IMG/VR virus record: IMGVR_UViG_3300029915_000003
Length of the DNA stretch: 64,000 nucleotides
Source of the DNA: a virus
Reading direction: 5' to 3' (one strand)
Shown here piece after piece: positions 28,182 through 37,880 of the stretch. Below the pieces are notes generated by a model. The model searched no databases and was not told the DNA's origin. It saw nothing but the letters and a program-made list of their open reading frames with translations. Position 1 is the first letter of the stretch; each line of letters starts with the position of its first letter. The position numbers and the translations under genes are program-made.

Positions 28182-28352
28182 CTAAGCCTCTTCCATATAA
28201 TAGTTATCTAAAGCGTCGAATTCTTCTTGATTGAATGTATTGTAAAGAGCATCCATCTGATTGGATAATTCTTCCATTTCATCCATATCCTCGCTTTGAT
28301 TGGATTTATTTAATAAATTAATATACTTTACAACCTTGTCAGGGTAAGACAT
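28182..28352 (-). CDS. small acidic protein (56 aa)
   Basis: Manual translation MSYPDKVV...SEDMDEMEEL...EEFDALDNYYMEEA; fills the operon gap. Confidence 0.5.
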   Translation of the reverse strand: MSYPDKVVKYINLLNKSNQSEDMDEMEELSNQMDALYNTFNQEEFDALDNYYMEEA

Positions 28353-28797
28353 TGTGCGCTCCTATATACATTTGGGATAATACTGATTTAACCTTATTTC
28401 TGCCAGATAGAACCCTTATGTAGGGTATAAATAGGGATTCTATGACTAATTCTTTTGATGGTAGGTGCTTATCACCCTGGTCTCGCTCACCACAAGCCAT
28501 ACTTATATTTAACTTGATTTCTGGAGTAAAATCTAGGTGAAACTCATCGTTGTCTATATCTAGACGTTCGGATGTTTCATATATAATATTCATGCTCAAA
28601 CACAAGGTATGGTCTCCAGACTTTTCCAGCACTCCATACCCAATAATCCTATCATCATATCCAAGGATTTTAATTAAATCAGAGTTAAACTTTGTAACGT
28701 AAGTTACATTTATACCAAATTCATTAAAAGGAATGACTATATTCCTCATTTCTTTGATTTTGGCTCTAGATAGGTCGAAGGCTTCGTTGGAGTTCAT
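28339..28797 (-). CDS. hypothetical protein
   Basis: ORF in the operon. Confidence 0.55.
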   Translation of the reverse strand: MNSNEAFDLSRAKIKEMRNIVIPFNEFGINVTYVTKFNSDLIKILGYDDRIIGYGVLEKSGDHTLCLSMNIIYETSERLDIDNDEFHLDFTPEIKLNISMACGERDQGDKHLPSKELVIESLFIPYIRVLSGRNKVKSVLSQMYIGAHNVLP

Positions 28798-28800
28798 TGG

Positions 28801-29202
28801 TTACACGTAGTTTTTAGTGGTTTCATTTAACACATTGATATCTACATCTGGATTGGGAAGTAATTTAGCTATAATTTGAACTATTAGATCTACTTCTTGC
28901 TGAAAGATAGCATCCTTTTCCAAATCTTTCAACAGGTCGGTACGTATGTAGTCTGGATCTACTTCTCCCAGGAAGGTGACAGCATCCAACGGAAACCCTT
29001 CCTTGATAGCCCTGGCAGCTAAAACAACCAAGGTCAAATTGTAATCTCCATACAAAATGGAACCCTCCAGATACCCTTCTTGTAGTTGTTTGAAGATAAT
29101 TTGGTTTAATTCTTGCTTTGTTTCTAGTTCTTTACGGCTCTTGGTGAAGGGGACTATATCTTTTAGTATTTTTAGTATATCAAAATGAGGATTTACGGCC
29201 AT
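28801..29202 (-). CDS. hypothetical protein
   Basis: ORF in the operon. Confidence 0.55.
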   Translation of the reverse strand: MAVNPHFDILKILKDIVPFTKSRKELETKQELNQIIFKQLQEGYLEGSILYGDYNLTLVVLAARAIKEGFPLDAVTFLGEVDPDYIRTDLLKDLEKDAIFQQEVDLIVQIIAKLLPNPDVDINVLNETTKNYV

Positions 29203-29396
29203 TCTTGTTCCCGTTCCAATTCTTCGTTATCCCACTCTTGTAATTCTTTGTTGTAGGTCTTTATATTCAATATACGATTAATTTCTAATTCGTAATGCTC
29301 CATAGTAATAGACCCCCTCTTTAGGGCTTCGGATATACTAAGCAACTCTTCATTTAGAGTTGATTGTTTCTGGTTTTTCATTATGCCTCTTGACAA
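29193..29396 (-). CDS. hypothetical protein
   Basis: ORF in the operon. Confidence 0.45.
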   Translation of the reverse strand: MSRGIMKNQKQSTLNEELLSISEALKRGSITMEHYELEINRILNIKTYNKELQEWDNEELEREQEWP

Positions 29397-29505
29397 ACAA
29401 AATTACCAATAAGTAAAAAGCTATAAATGGGGTGGTAACAGCCAGGGAAATTACTCCTGTAGCTAACATTAACCACATCATAATTACTACTAGATCCCAA
29501 TCCAT
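29350..29505 (-). CDS. small membrane protein (51 aa)
   Basis: Manual translation MDWDLVVIMMWLML...LLVILFVKRH. Confidence 0.45.
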   Translation of the reverse strand: MDWDLVVIMMWLMLATGVISLAVTTPFIAFYLLVILFVKRHNEKPETINSK

Positions 29506-29948
29506 TATTCACCCTTTAAAATTGCAATTTGTTTCTTTAGTTCCTGGTTTTCCAATTTCAATTGGTCTCTTTCTACTAATAAGGGTAAGTCTGGGGTATA
29601 TTTAAGTAAATGTCCATTAGACCATACCTCATCTGGAGTGTTTGAAGTTAACGGTTCACCTGTTCTTCGTTCTATTACCCACTTAATTAATCCAGTATAA
29701 CCGTCTTTTTCTATGATTTTAACCAAAGCAGGCGCGTCCATATAGTCTATTGATTCACAATCAGCGCATCCCCAGGCAAAAACATCATTTACCAATAGAC
29801 CTAAACTTGGAACCCCATTATTCCATCCAGGAAGTCCAATCAGTACATGGTTTATGTCTTTTGTTCCACTTAAGAACGCATATTCATTTGCGCATAGCAA
29901 GTGGGCTGCCTCCAGCCATTTAACTCTTTCTTCTAGACTATTTTGCAT
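29505..29948 (-). CDS. conserved phage hypothetical protein
   Basis: VNDVFAWGCADCE motif. Confidence 0.6.
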   Translation of the reverse strand: MQNSLEERVKWLEAAHLLCANEYAFLSGTKDINHVLIGLPGWNNGVPSLGLLVNDVFAWGCADCESIDYMDAPALVKIIEKDGYTGLIKWVIERRTGEPLTSNTPDEVWSNGHLLKYTPDLPLLVERDQLKLENQELKKQIAILKGE

Positions 29949-30216
29949 ATGTCTTTTGATGATTCGAGCAGTTCAATAGGTCGGCAGCGTATTTTACTCT
30001 GCTCTGCCTACACTCATCTATGTACTTACTGGCCATAGACATGGTTTTGGAGTCCTCTTCTAATTGTTGACCGCATGTCTTTATCGTTAGAGTGTATTGA
30101 TCCATTCCCTGTACGTAGAGTTTGATAGATTTGTCGTAATTATGGATAGTTAATTGTTGAGCTATTATGATAAGTAGAAAGCTGATTATAATAATACTTT
30201 TAAGATATTTTAACAT
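29938..30216 (-). CDS. N-terminally membrane-anchored coiled-coil protein
   Basis: TM helix followed by a helical domain with Cys. Confidence 0.5.
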   Translation of the reverse strand: MLKYLKSIIIISFLLIIIAQQLTIHNYDKSIKLYVQGMDQYTLTIKTCGQQLEEDSKTMSMASKYIDECRQSRVKYAADLLNCSNHQKTYAK

Positions 30217-30217
30217 A

Positions 30218-31051
30218 TTATAAACCTATAATTCCAGGGTAATTGGTGCGATTTTCGTTGGGAATGGTTTGACGGTAAGACTTCCAGCCCGTAAATGGGC
30301 CATGGCGCTCTGTGGGTTCTACGGGGGTTAGACTATGCTCTAAGGGTGAAAAGTGACCATTTGTGACTAGACTGCTAAATGTGGAACGGTCTTTTTCAAT
30401 TACGGGTGAATTTGAGTCGTGGTTTTCATAGCTGACCCTAGCACACCTAGCAACACAGCATTCTATTGCTATTTCAAGGGGCAGGGACGCCCTTTCTAGC
30501 TCTGTTACATAGGGAAGGTGCCAATCCCCTGGTTTAACCAAGCGCGGCTGGCTGGCCTTGGCTGCGTCCGCCATCATGTATGCCAATTCCATGAATTCTG
30601 GCTGAGCGTCTGGATGGCACCGTTGCCATAGAAGATTGGACAGTTCCGTAGTGGTATATATTTGCTTTGTATACGAAAACGTATCCAACGGTCTGGAAGC
30701 AGTTTGCTTGTGTATTCCCAGCTTTTGTAGGTTTTCTACAGTTTTAGCAGTATATTCAATCAAATCTTCCCAAATTCCCTTGGCTTGGTTTTGTGTTTGA
30801 GGATCCACTTCTTCCCTAGCGGACATTCCGGGTTGATTTTTACCCCAATGATTCGGAATGAAGGGATTTGAACGTACAGAAGATAATCGTTTGTGCAAGG
30901 GTACAGCCCTAGATGAGGCTGTATTCCTTGCAGCCATACGATATGTGTTGATTTCTGGTAGAATTAGTCTTGGGAACGACAACTCCAAGGTAATAACCCT
31001 AATCCCTTGTTCAGATACACTATCCTGTATTACCTTGGAGTATGTAGACAT
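30218..31051 (-). CDS. thyX: FAD-dependent thymidylate synthase
   Basis: E.NTYRMAARNTASSRA, LGIHKQ...R, RCHPDAQPE, ARCARVSY and HFSPLEH; start trimmed to MSTYSK. Confidence 0.88.
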   Translation of the reverse strand: MSTYSKVIQDSVSEQGIRVITLELSFPRLILPEINTYRMAARNTASSRAVPLHKRLSSVRSNPFIPNHWGKNQPGMSAREEVDPQTQNQAKGIWEDLIEYTAKTVENLQKLGIHKQTASRPLDTFSYTKQIYTTTELSNLLWQRCHPDAQPEFMELAYMMADAAKASQPRLVKPGDWHLPYVTELERASLPLEIAIECCVARCARVSYENHDSNSPVIEKDRSTFSSLVTNGHFSPLEHSLTPVEPTERHGPFTGWKSYRQTIPNENRTNYPGIIGL

Positions 31052-31428
31052 TATTTGCCTGCGTCTGTACCTGCGCCTGAAACACCGGCATCTACAGTTA
31101 CGGGTGTAGGGGGAGGAGGAACAGGAGTCGGGGGCGTGTTCGAGCAGCAAAGGCAGTTTAGTACCGCTGTTTCCTTTCCAGCCGTTCCAGCCTTGGTTGT
31201 TAGATAGTTACCCGAAAATCCATCCAAACAAACCGGAGCCTCATTTAGACCCTTTTCAGACCAACTCCAACCGCATTGATTGGGTACGTAACATACGTTG
31301 GCCGGAGGGCGTGTTTCTACCTTAGAAACTGTGGCGTTCGGAACGTTCCGAGTGCCGTATTTGTAACTAACGACTCCAACTAAGCTGATTGAAACTACCA
31401 CAAGTGCCGTTAATACCTTATTATTCAT
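31051..31428 (-). CDS. secreted or membrane-anchored Cys-rich protein with Pro linker and DAG tail
   Basis: Signal/TM segment, six Cys, VDAGVSGAGTDAG. Confidence 0.55.
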   Translation of the reverse strand: MNNKVLTALVVVSISLVGVVSYKYGTRNVPNATVSKVETRPPANVCYVPNQCGWSWSEKGLNEAPVCLDGFSGNYLTTKAGTAGKETAVLNCLCCSNTPPTPVPPPPTPVTVDAGVSGAGTDAGK

Positions 31429-32326
31429 GTTTGTTATCCTTTTGGTTGTTTGTGTTGGAAACCTTGAACTTCTTCATGACGAAAATAGCTACCTTCAGAC
31501 ACCCTATCACAAATCGACGGGCCATTCTACTGAAAAAGTTAGGGGTGTAGGGAACTACTGCTTGGGTTTGAGTTTTATCCAAACCGTCATTTAGTATTCC
31601 GGTTTGAATTAGGAATTTAACCCTATCTTCAGTTTGCCGAGTTGTAGACTGAAGTAGGGCCTTACTCACCTCATCTGTAGGCTGGGGCCACGGAATCATA
31701 GCATTGATATCAGCAGGAAGCACTTGTTTGTTGCGTTCCCTTATTTGGGAATATGATTTAAATAGAGTCTCGCTGCTAAATATGTTTCGAGTTGGCTTGT
31801 TTCCCTTATCGAACAGTTCCCGGCCAATATCTCCATCTAAAACAGCCAAACCCGTGTCTTCCGCCTTTTGTAGATCTTGTACCGGTACAAACACAAAGGT
31901 AAACATGGCCGACCTAGCAGGTTTGGGAAAATCAACATAAGCTAGTCTTATGTAACTGGGAGGAGCCATGCACCCAATAAAAGGAACCTGACGATAGAAC
32001 TCATTTACAATGCTGGCGAATTCTTCCTTTTCCGATTCGGTAGGAGGGTAATTGGCCAAAAAGCTTAAATATACCAACCGATACTCTTTTGTGTCTATAA
32101 AAAGAGAATCATTGGTGTTTTTGACATTATATACTTTCTTTAGTTCATTTTTTACAACTGGACTAAATAGGTCTAAATTCAAAGGAAATAAGGTTAGGGG
32201 TCCCGGAGGTGACACCGCAATATCAGAAACGATATCTGCGGCCCCCTTCTCCAAGGATTCTATTGTTGATTTAAATTGTTCTTCATTTAATTGATTGGTA
32301 TTTTTCATAGAACAGAACAATACCAT
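31421..32326 (-). CDS. hypothetical protein
   Basis: 301-aa ORF; upstream TTGACA-N17-TATTGT suggests the start is MKNTN. Confidence 0.6.
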   Translation of the reverse strand: MVLFCSMKNTNQLNEEQFKSTIESLEKGAADIVSDIAVSPPGPLTLFPLNLDLFSPVVKNELKKVYNVKNTNDSLFIDTKEYRLVYLSFLANYPPTESEKEEFASIVNEFYRQVPFIGCMAPPSYIRLAYVDFPKPARSAMFTFVFVPVQDLQKAEDTGLAVLDGDIGRELFDKGNKPTRNIFSSETLFKSYSQIRERNKQVLPADINAMIPWPQPTDEVSKALLQSTTRQTEDRVKFLIQTGILNDGLDKTQTQAVVPYTPNFFSRMARRFVIGCLKVAIFVMKKFKVSNTNNQKDNKHE

Positions 32327-32385
32327 ACGGTTTTGGGGTTGTCAAGTGGGCTCTGTTGGAATATTATTGTATGCATAATTCTATA

Positions 32386-34350
32386 TCATATCGTTTTCTT
32401 CCACAACCATCGGTCTTTACCGCAATCCCAAATACGGTTTAGGCCCATGATCTGTGTTGCCTCCGTCTCAGTCATTCCGTCTGGACATCCGATCTTTTCC
32501 TTGCGGTATTTACTTTTGTGCTTACGAAACGTGTCACTACCAGACTTGACATAAGAATAATCTGGTAGAGATGTATCTGTTAACACAAAATTTGCATTTT
32601 TATACATATTCCCTTGCGACCACCGTTTATCTGAAAAACTAACAATATCAGTTACATTGTTATTTTTAACAAAGTTAGACATCAATCGATCGAATCCGCC
32701 TGTTACTGCATATCCTATTTTGACACAATATCTATTTAATTCCCAAAAACCCGGTACCGAATAACCCTTTCTTTCCGGAGAGGAGGGTGAAAATGTCATG
32801 GCTGCTATAATCTCCCCATCCACCTCTAATACATATGGATTCCTGACGATATCTATTGATTGTATGTGATTTTCTTTGATAAATTCGGACACCTTGGCCG
32901 GATCTCCCGGTTTGACTATTCCATCTCTGGCACCAATACGCTTTATGTCTTTATGTTTTAATATGGCTTTAATATATCCTATAACTTGTTCTCTTTTTGT
33001 TAGCCACTCATCCGCAAATATGGTAATTAATCGTATACCTTTTGCTTCTGCTGACTTTAATTTATCTAAATGCCTATTCTTTGCATTCGGCTTGGCGTCG
33101 CTGTGCCAATATAGTCCGCAGTATTCAATTGCTACATTTTGTTCTGGTATGTAAATATCTAATTCTTTCCCATTGTCAAGAACACTTCTTGTCTTTTGAA
33201 CATTATAACCTAAATCTTGTAGTAATTTTGCTATGTTACGCTCTTCTCTACTTTGTTCACAACCACAAGACTGTGCCCGTTCATAGGCTATTTCCCATAG
33301 CACAGCGGTAAACAAAGATCCACAAAAACACCTGAGTTCCACTCTTTCTGACATAGACGGAACGCGATCCGTATCTATGCGCTCCCCAACCAAAAGGAAT
33401 TCTTTGTTTTTTGCTGACTGTCTGATGTCGCCCCAAGTGTATTTAGAGTCGCGCTGCATGTTGTTTTTGCGCGCTTCCTCGTCCAGTAGAATTTCACGTT
33501 TTACGCACTCCCTGGTTACGACTCCCTTGTCAATTCCAAAAAAGTCAGCAATTTCCTGACAGCTCTTTTTATCAACTAGTCGCATATTCGCTATAGCATC
33601 TAGGGTTGTCCTAGAACACGGAAGAAATACATGATCTTTTTGACTTTGACTTAGAGTTATCCCCTGTGTAGATAGGGACCATTTTATTTGTCCTAAACTA
33701 TAACCGGTTTCTTTGGATATTTCTGGTATAGTTAATGGTTTATTTGTATCTCGTAGCAATCTAATAGCAGTATTAATTTCTTCTCGATTATCGTCAACCA
33801 AAATAGCACTTAATTGAGTTTTGTCTAACAATACACCCTCGTTACGACAAATATATTCAACGGTATCTTCTGATTGACCAGTCAGCATCGCAATTTCATA
33901 ATATGAAGGAGTGTTTTTTTGTTTTCTGTAATCTGTTATAATTTTTCTAAGCTCATCAGAGTAAATTCTGCGAACTTCGCTCTGTCCTTGTTTGCTTAGA
34001 TAAAATCCATTGTCGCTACAAATGGTACGCACCTTGTTTTCGTGTAATCCCAAAATGGTAGCGATTGATTTTTCAGAGCAATTGGAGTCTTTTAACTGCT
34101 TGATTTTGTTTATTGTTTCTTGTGAAACTGGTGTGTAATCGTGGGTAAGTCTTCCTTTGTGTATGTTTTCTCTGCGTGCTTCCTTGCTTAATTTAGCTCC
34201 ATTTCTAGTAGATAGTTTATTTACCTGAGAAACAGTCAATCCAAGCGTAACGGCTATTTCTTTGGCTGTTTTTCCTTCTTTTTTTTGTCGTATAATTTCT
34301 GATTTAATTTCTGGTGAAGCTCGATACCGTTGTCCTGTGCTCTGTGTCAT
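32386..34350 (-). CDS. free-standing Hef-like homing endonuclease with tandem HTH repeats
   Basis: About six HTH repeats, CxCG/SCGC, ELDIY...AIEYCGLYWHS, and a C-terminal WELNRYC...SFSD.R domain; own TTGACA-N17-TACTAT promoter. Confidence 0.75.
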   Translation of the reverse strand: MTQSTGQRYRASPEIKSEIIRQKKEGKTAKEIAVTLGLTVSQVNKLSTRNGAKLSKEARRENIHKGRLTHDYTPVSQETINKIKQLKDSNCSEKSIATILGLHENKVRTICSDNGFYLSKQGQSEVRRIYSDELRKIITDYRKQKNTPSYYEIAMLTGQSEDTVEYICRNEGVLLDKTQLSAILVDDNREEINTAIRLLRDTNKPLTIPEISKETGYSLGQIKWSLSTQGITLSQSQKDHVFLPCSRTTLDAIANMRLVDKKSCQEIADFFGIDKGVVTRECVKREILLDEEARKNNMQRDSKYTWGDIRQSAKNKEFLLVGERIDTDRVPSMSERVELRCFCGSLFTAVLWEIAYERAQSCGCEQSREERNIAKLLQDLGYNVQKTRSVLDNGKELDIYIPEQNVAIEYCGLYWHSDAKPNAKNRHLDKLKSAEAKGIRLITIFADEWLTKREQVIGYIKAILKHKDIKRIGARDGIVKPGDPAKVSEFIKENHIQSIDIVRNPYVLEVDGEIIAAMTFSPSSPERKGYSVPGFWELNRYCVKIGYAVTGGFDRLMSNFVKNNNVTDIVSFSDKRWSQGNMYKNANFVLTDTSLPDYSYVKSGSDTFRKHKSKYRKEKIGCPDGMTETEATQIMGLNRIWDCGKDRWLWKKTI

Positions 34351-34436
34351 GTTGTTCCCATGTCTGATAGTTGTTTGTACAAATATTTTATTTTTATGAT
34401 TTCAATAGTAACAAAACTGAAATGTCCTGTCAAGAC

Positions 34437-34472
34437 AAAAGAAAACCCCGGTACTTTTTAGGGTGCCGGGGC
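34437..34472 (-). terminator. intrinsic terminator after the capsid gene
   Basis: CCCCGGCAC...GTACCGGGG stem followed by TTTTCTTTT on the minus strand. Confidence 0.75.
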
Positions 34473-34496
34473 AATCTAATTACTTGATTTTAATGG

Positions 34497-35888
34497 TTAA
34501 AATGTTGAAGCGATATTATCAAGCAACACATTCTTGCGGGGCTGATAGCCTCGAACGCAGAGGAAGCGGAAATGACCCTCAGGTTGGGATAAGTCAGTTA
34601 CCGCTAGCTTTACTCGGCTGTATGGGCTTAGTTCGGCAAAGTCCCACGTATCTGATTGGAACGCAGTACCAGTAACGAAACCAGGGATACGATTGCCTAG
34701 GTCCGTAAAGGTTACAGTGGTCGCACCAGGGGTTACCGCTACGTTACCAATGAACTTGAACGTTGAACCACCGGCCGCAGTACGGAATACGCGGCAGAAC
34801 TTAACCGGTTGCGTAACAGTGATTACAGAGGCTACTTGCTGACCGGCCGCAGTGATGGTCGCAGTAATGGCAGGTGATAGAACTGATTCACCAATTTCAT
34901 TAACTGAGGTCGCCTTGTATTGGTAAACATCGCCCGCATTGAACGCCGTGCTGCCTGACGTAATGCTCGCAGCGCCCATGGAAGGAGCCGCAGGGCTGTT
35001 CGCACGAGTCGGATCAGGACCAGTACGGCCTGAGAGGAAGCGTGACGCGGTTAGACGCATCGTGCCACCTGAAACCCATTGCCTACGTAGATCCGCCCCG
35101 GTCGCGTCTTGAGGTGAGTTCGCTAAGATAATGCGTTCTTTGCCTAGAGCGATCTTGTTGTACGCTGATAGCGTCTTTGGATCTAGGAGGAATTCATCGG
35201 CTGAACCCATGTTCATCGCTGAACGAACTGAGCAGTCCTCTAGGTTGGTTTGCTGTAGAACCGTGCCGCATTGTAGAACTACCGTGTCATCGGAACCATA
35301 CGCACCGAACATGAGGTCGTGGGCGTTACGTTGTGAGTCTGATTGACGAACTTGAACGGTAACACCGCTCATATTCGCTAGGGACGGGATAGCGTTCGGG
35401 TTACCATCAAATACGCCCGCATTGCTAAAGTCGTCCTTGCCGCGCCAACCGTCGAACTCGATATCGCCAGCGATTTTCTTGGTCGCATCTGACGCAGCGC
35501 GTTCCTCGTTGCCCTTGCCATCGACCGTATCAACTAGCGTCGCTTGGAGGGTAACCCTACGAATTGAGGAGTAGTAGCTCATAGGATAAACGATACGAAC
35601 GAACGAGCTTACTTCCTCTTGACCGATCGCACCTTCGATTACAGCTGAACCACCAAAGATACCGTAGCTTAGTTGACGATCAAACTGAGCGGTAGTAGCC
35701 TTAATCGGCTTAACTTTGAGTAGCTTCTGGAGACGAATCGCATCGTCACCGAAAGTAACTACATGCATTACGTCCGAAAGGTCTTCGCGTTGTAGCGCGG
35801 CACCTTGGGTTAGAGTGGAAGGAGCGGCATTGTAATTGCCCGCTTCTAGGGCTTTCGTTAGATCCATTAAAGTTTGAAGTGCGTCCAT
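34497..35888 (-). CDS. major capsid protein (SPO1/Twort-like) with inserted Ig/Fn3-like domain
   Basis: KALEAG...P...GAALQREDL N-terminus; strongly biased codon use; followed by a terminator. Confidence 0.85.
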   Translation of the reverse strand: MDALQTLMDLTKALEAGNYNAAPSTLTQGAALQREDLSDVMHVVTFGDDAIRLQKLLKVKPIKATTAQFDRQLSYGIFGGSAVIEGAIGQEEVSSFVRIVYPMSYYSSIRRVTLQATLVDTVDGKGNEERAASDATKKIAGDIEFDGWRGKDDFSNAGVFDGNPNAIPSLANMSGVTVQVRQSDSQRNAHDLMFGAYGSDDTVVLQCGTVLQQTNLEDCSVRSAMNMGSADEFLLDPKTLSAYNKIALGKERIILANSPQDATGADLRRQWVSGGTMRLTASRFLSGRTGPDPTRANSPAAPSMGAASITSGSTAFNAGDVYQYKATSVNEIGESVLSPAITATITAAGQQVASVITVTQPVKFCRVFRTAAGGSTFKFIGNVAVTPGATTVTFTDLGNRIPGFVTGTAFQSDTWDFAELSPYSRVKLAVTDLSQPEGHFRFLCVRGYQPRKNVLLDNIASTF

Positions 35889-35928
35889 GATATTTCCTTT
35901 GTTCCTTTATTAGAGGTGTATTGCTAAA

Positions 35929-36831
35929 TTATGACAACAGATGCTTAATTGCTGAAACGTCGATTTCGCCTAAGAAGTAATGCATGACCGTATCTAATTC
36001 GTGTTTAGATAGGTTTCCTGATTCTACTTTCTTGTTAAGAGCAGTACGTATTTCGCTCTTGCTAAGCGTAGGGACTTCTTCGGGCGTCTTAACGTCTATA
36101 CCAGTAAATGACTTACGCATCGGCTGGGTGATCTTGTTAATGGCATTAATCGCCATATCTAAGGTCTTGGAGAGGTCAACAACCTTGGTCTCTAATTCTT
36201 TATTAGATTTCTTTAGGTCGTTAATTTCCGTTTCTGATTTCATTGCTGGAGCCGGAGCCGGAGCAGCCGCAGGAGCAGCAGGAGCCGCCGCAGGGGCTGG
36301 AGCGGGAGTGCCGCCCATACCTTGAGGAGCCGGAGCCGCTGATTGCGCCATTTTGGCTTCAATAACTTGCTTGATAGCCATAAAGTGGGCTTCTAGGCTT
36401 TGTGGGTCTAGTTTTCCATATTCGGCTGATAGTTGTTCCGGGGTAACACCCTGATCTTGCGCAGGATCTTGCCCAGGGGCCGGAGGTAGACCCGCATCAG
36501 GCGTCATTCCGGTGTCGGCAATGGCGTTATTCGGATCTTCTGAAGGCCCCGCGTCCGGAGGACCACCGGCACCACAAGTGGGGCAAGCAGATCCCCCAGC
36601 CGGAGCTTCTGATTCACTAGCCGGAGGAGCACTAGGAGAAGGACTCGGAGCTTCCGCAGTCTCGCTAGCTTCGTCAGGAGAACCTTCAGACGGAGCGCCA
36701 GCCCCATCCTCGTCCTTGGCTAAGGCCGCAGTTCCTTCGCTTTGGCTCTTTTTGAGAGCATCAGCGAAGAGATTGTGGGCCTCCTTAACGAGCGTATCAA
36801 GCTCTGATTTAGTAATATTTTCGAAATCCAT
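35929..36831 (-). CDS. probable capsid scaffold protein
   Basis: Acidic, Pro/Ala-rich, coiled coil; many KS sites; upstream of the MCP. Confidence 0.6.
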   Translation of the reverse strand: MDFENITKSELDTLVKEAHNLFADALKKSQSEGTAALAKDEDGAGAPSEGSPDEASETAEAPSPSPSAPPASESEAPAGGSACPTCGAGGPPDAGPSEDPNNAIADTGMTPDAGLPPAPGQDPAQDQGVTPEQLSAEYGKLDPQSLEAHFMAIKQVIEAKMAQSAAPAPQGMGGTPAPAPAAAPAAPAAAPAPAPAMKSETEINDLKKSNKELETKVVDLSKTLDMAINAINKITQPMRKSFTGIDVKTPEEVPTLSKSEIRTALNKKVESGNLSKHELDTVMHYFLGEIDVSAIKHLLS

Positions 36832-36858
36832 ATATACCTTTCTTTTCCGTAGCTTTTA

Positions 36859-37383
36859 TTAGCTTTGGTTGGTGAGAGGATTGTATTGATCGATAACGAA
36901 GGAGGGTGAGAGTTGCGTGGCGGCTAGTACGTTGGCTGGGGTTGGAGCAGTTCCGGCCGTGGTTAGAACGAGCGTAACGCGCATGCCAGTTCCAATGCAG
37001 TCACCGATAACTTGTAGACGAGCAGCTTCGTTGGTCCAAATGGTGTTATTGCTGGTGTGGTAGTTTTCGAAACCCATTAGGAGTTGGTGAGGCGTATATA
37101 CTTCCTGCGCGTTGCCAATTGAGTTGTTCCAAACGTTTGACGCAACGCCCGTGGTGAGATTTAATTGCTCTGGTAGGAGGATGAGTGACGCTGAGTTGCT
37201 ATTGCTGCCTGAAGCTTGGGTACCAATTAGGACCGCAGGCTGAACTGAGCCAGGGCCGCTACCAACAGTAATGGTAGTATTGGTTACAGTGATATTCGCC
37301 CCGGATGAGCCTTGGCCTTGTAGGCGAAGGCTTAGGTCGTTGGCTAGCTGAGCAGCTACGTTCATTGCTTTAAAAGTGGCCAT
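36859..37383 (-). CDS. putative head decoration or structural protein
   Basis: T/N/S/G-rich; first gene of the capsid operon. Confidence 0.5.
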   Translation of the reverse strand: MATFKAMNVAAQLANDLSLRLQGQGSSGANITVTNTTITVGSGPGSVQPAVLIGTQASGSNSNSASLILLPEQLNLTTGVASNVWNNSIGNAQEVYTPHQLLMGFENYHTSNNTIWTNEAARLQVIGDCIGTGMRVTLVLTTAGTAPTPANVLAATQLSPSFVIDQYNPLTNQS

Positions 37384-37480
37384 AATAGTGTTTTCCTTTA
37401 GAAAGTGTGGTTAGGGCTTCTTGCTTACCCTGACCTACAACATAAGTTTGAGATATAATTAGGGAAACAATTTTAGTAAC

Positions 37481-37876
37481 ATGGAAAAAACATACCCCCA
37501 AACCAAGATTTGTGTTATTTGCAAAAGAGAATTAGACACCAAGAAGGATTTTTACGTAAGAGATATTGATTCTAGTTGCCCTAGAAGTGAGTGTAAGGCT
37601 TGCTTTATTATCAATAAGAGAATGCGCAAATATAATAAGTTTTGTTCAGAGTGTCATCTACCGTGCCGTCCAAAACGTAACGGTAAATGCTATAAATGCA
37701 ACAAAAGACAAGGGCTACGAGAATGCTCCCGGTGCTTTCAGTTGCTTTCTTATTATTTGAGCTTTTACAAGGATAGGGGTTCTGTATGCAAAAAATGCTA
37801 TCTAAAGGGTCTAAGGAAGACTCGTAAGAAGGATGCTTTTGAACAGTTCTATGAAATACTATCCAAGTTTATGTAG
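37481..37876 (+). CDS. multi-CxxC zinc-binding protein
   Basis: Six CxxC motifs; basic. Confidence 0.55.
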   Translation: MEKTYPQTKICVICKRELDTKKDFYVRDIDSSCPRSECKACFIINKRMRKYNKFCSECHLPCRPKRNGKCYKCNKRQGLRECSRCFQLLSYYLSFYKDRGSVCKKCYLKGLRKTRKKDAFEQFYEILSKFM

Positions 37877-37880
37877 GTGT

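Noticed and set aside
31052-31150. N-terminal extension of ThyX given in the ORF track
   Set aside because: It overlaps the upstream gene and reads as off-frame sequence; MSTYSK at 31051 is the better start.
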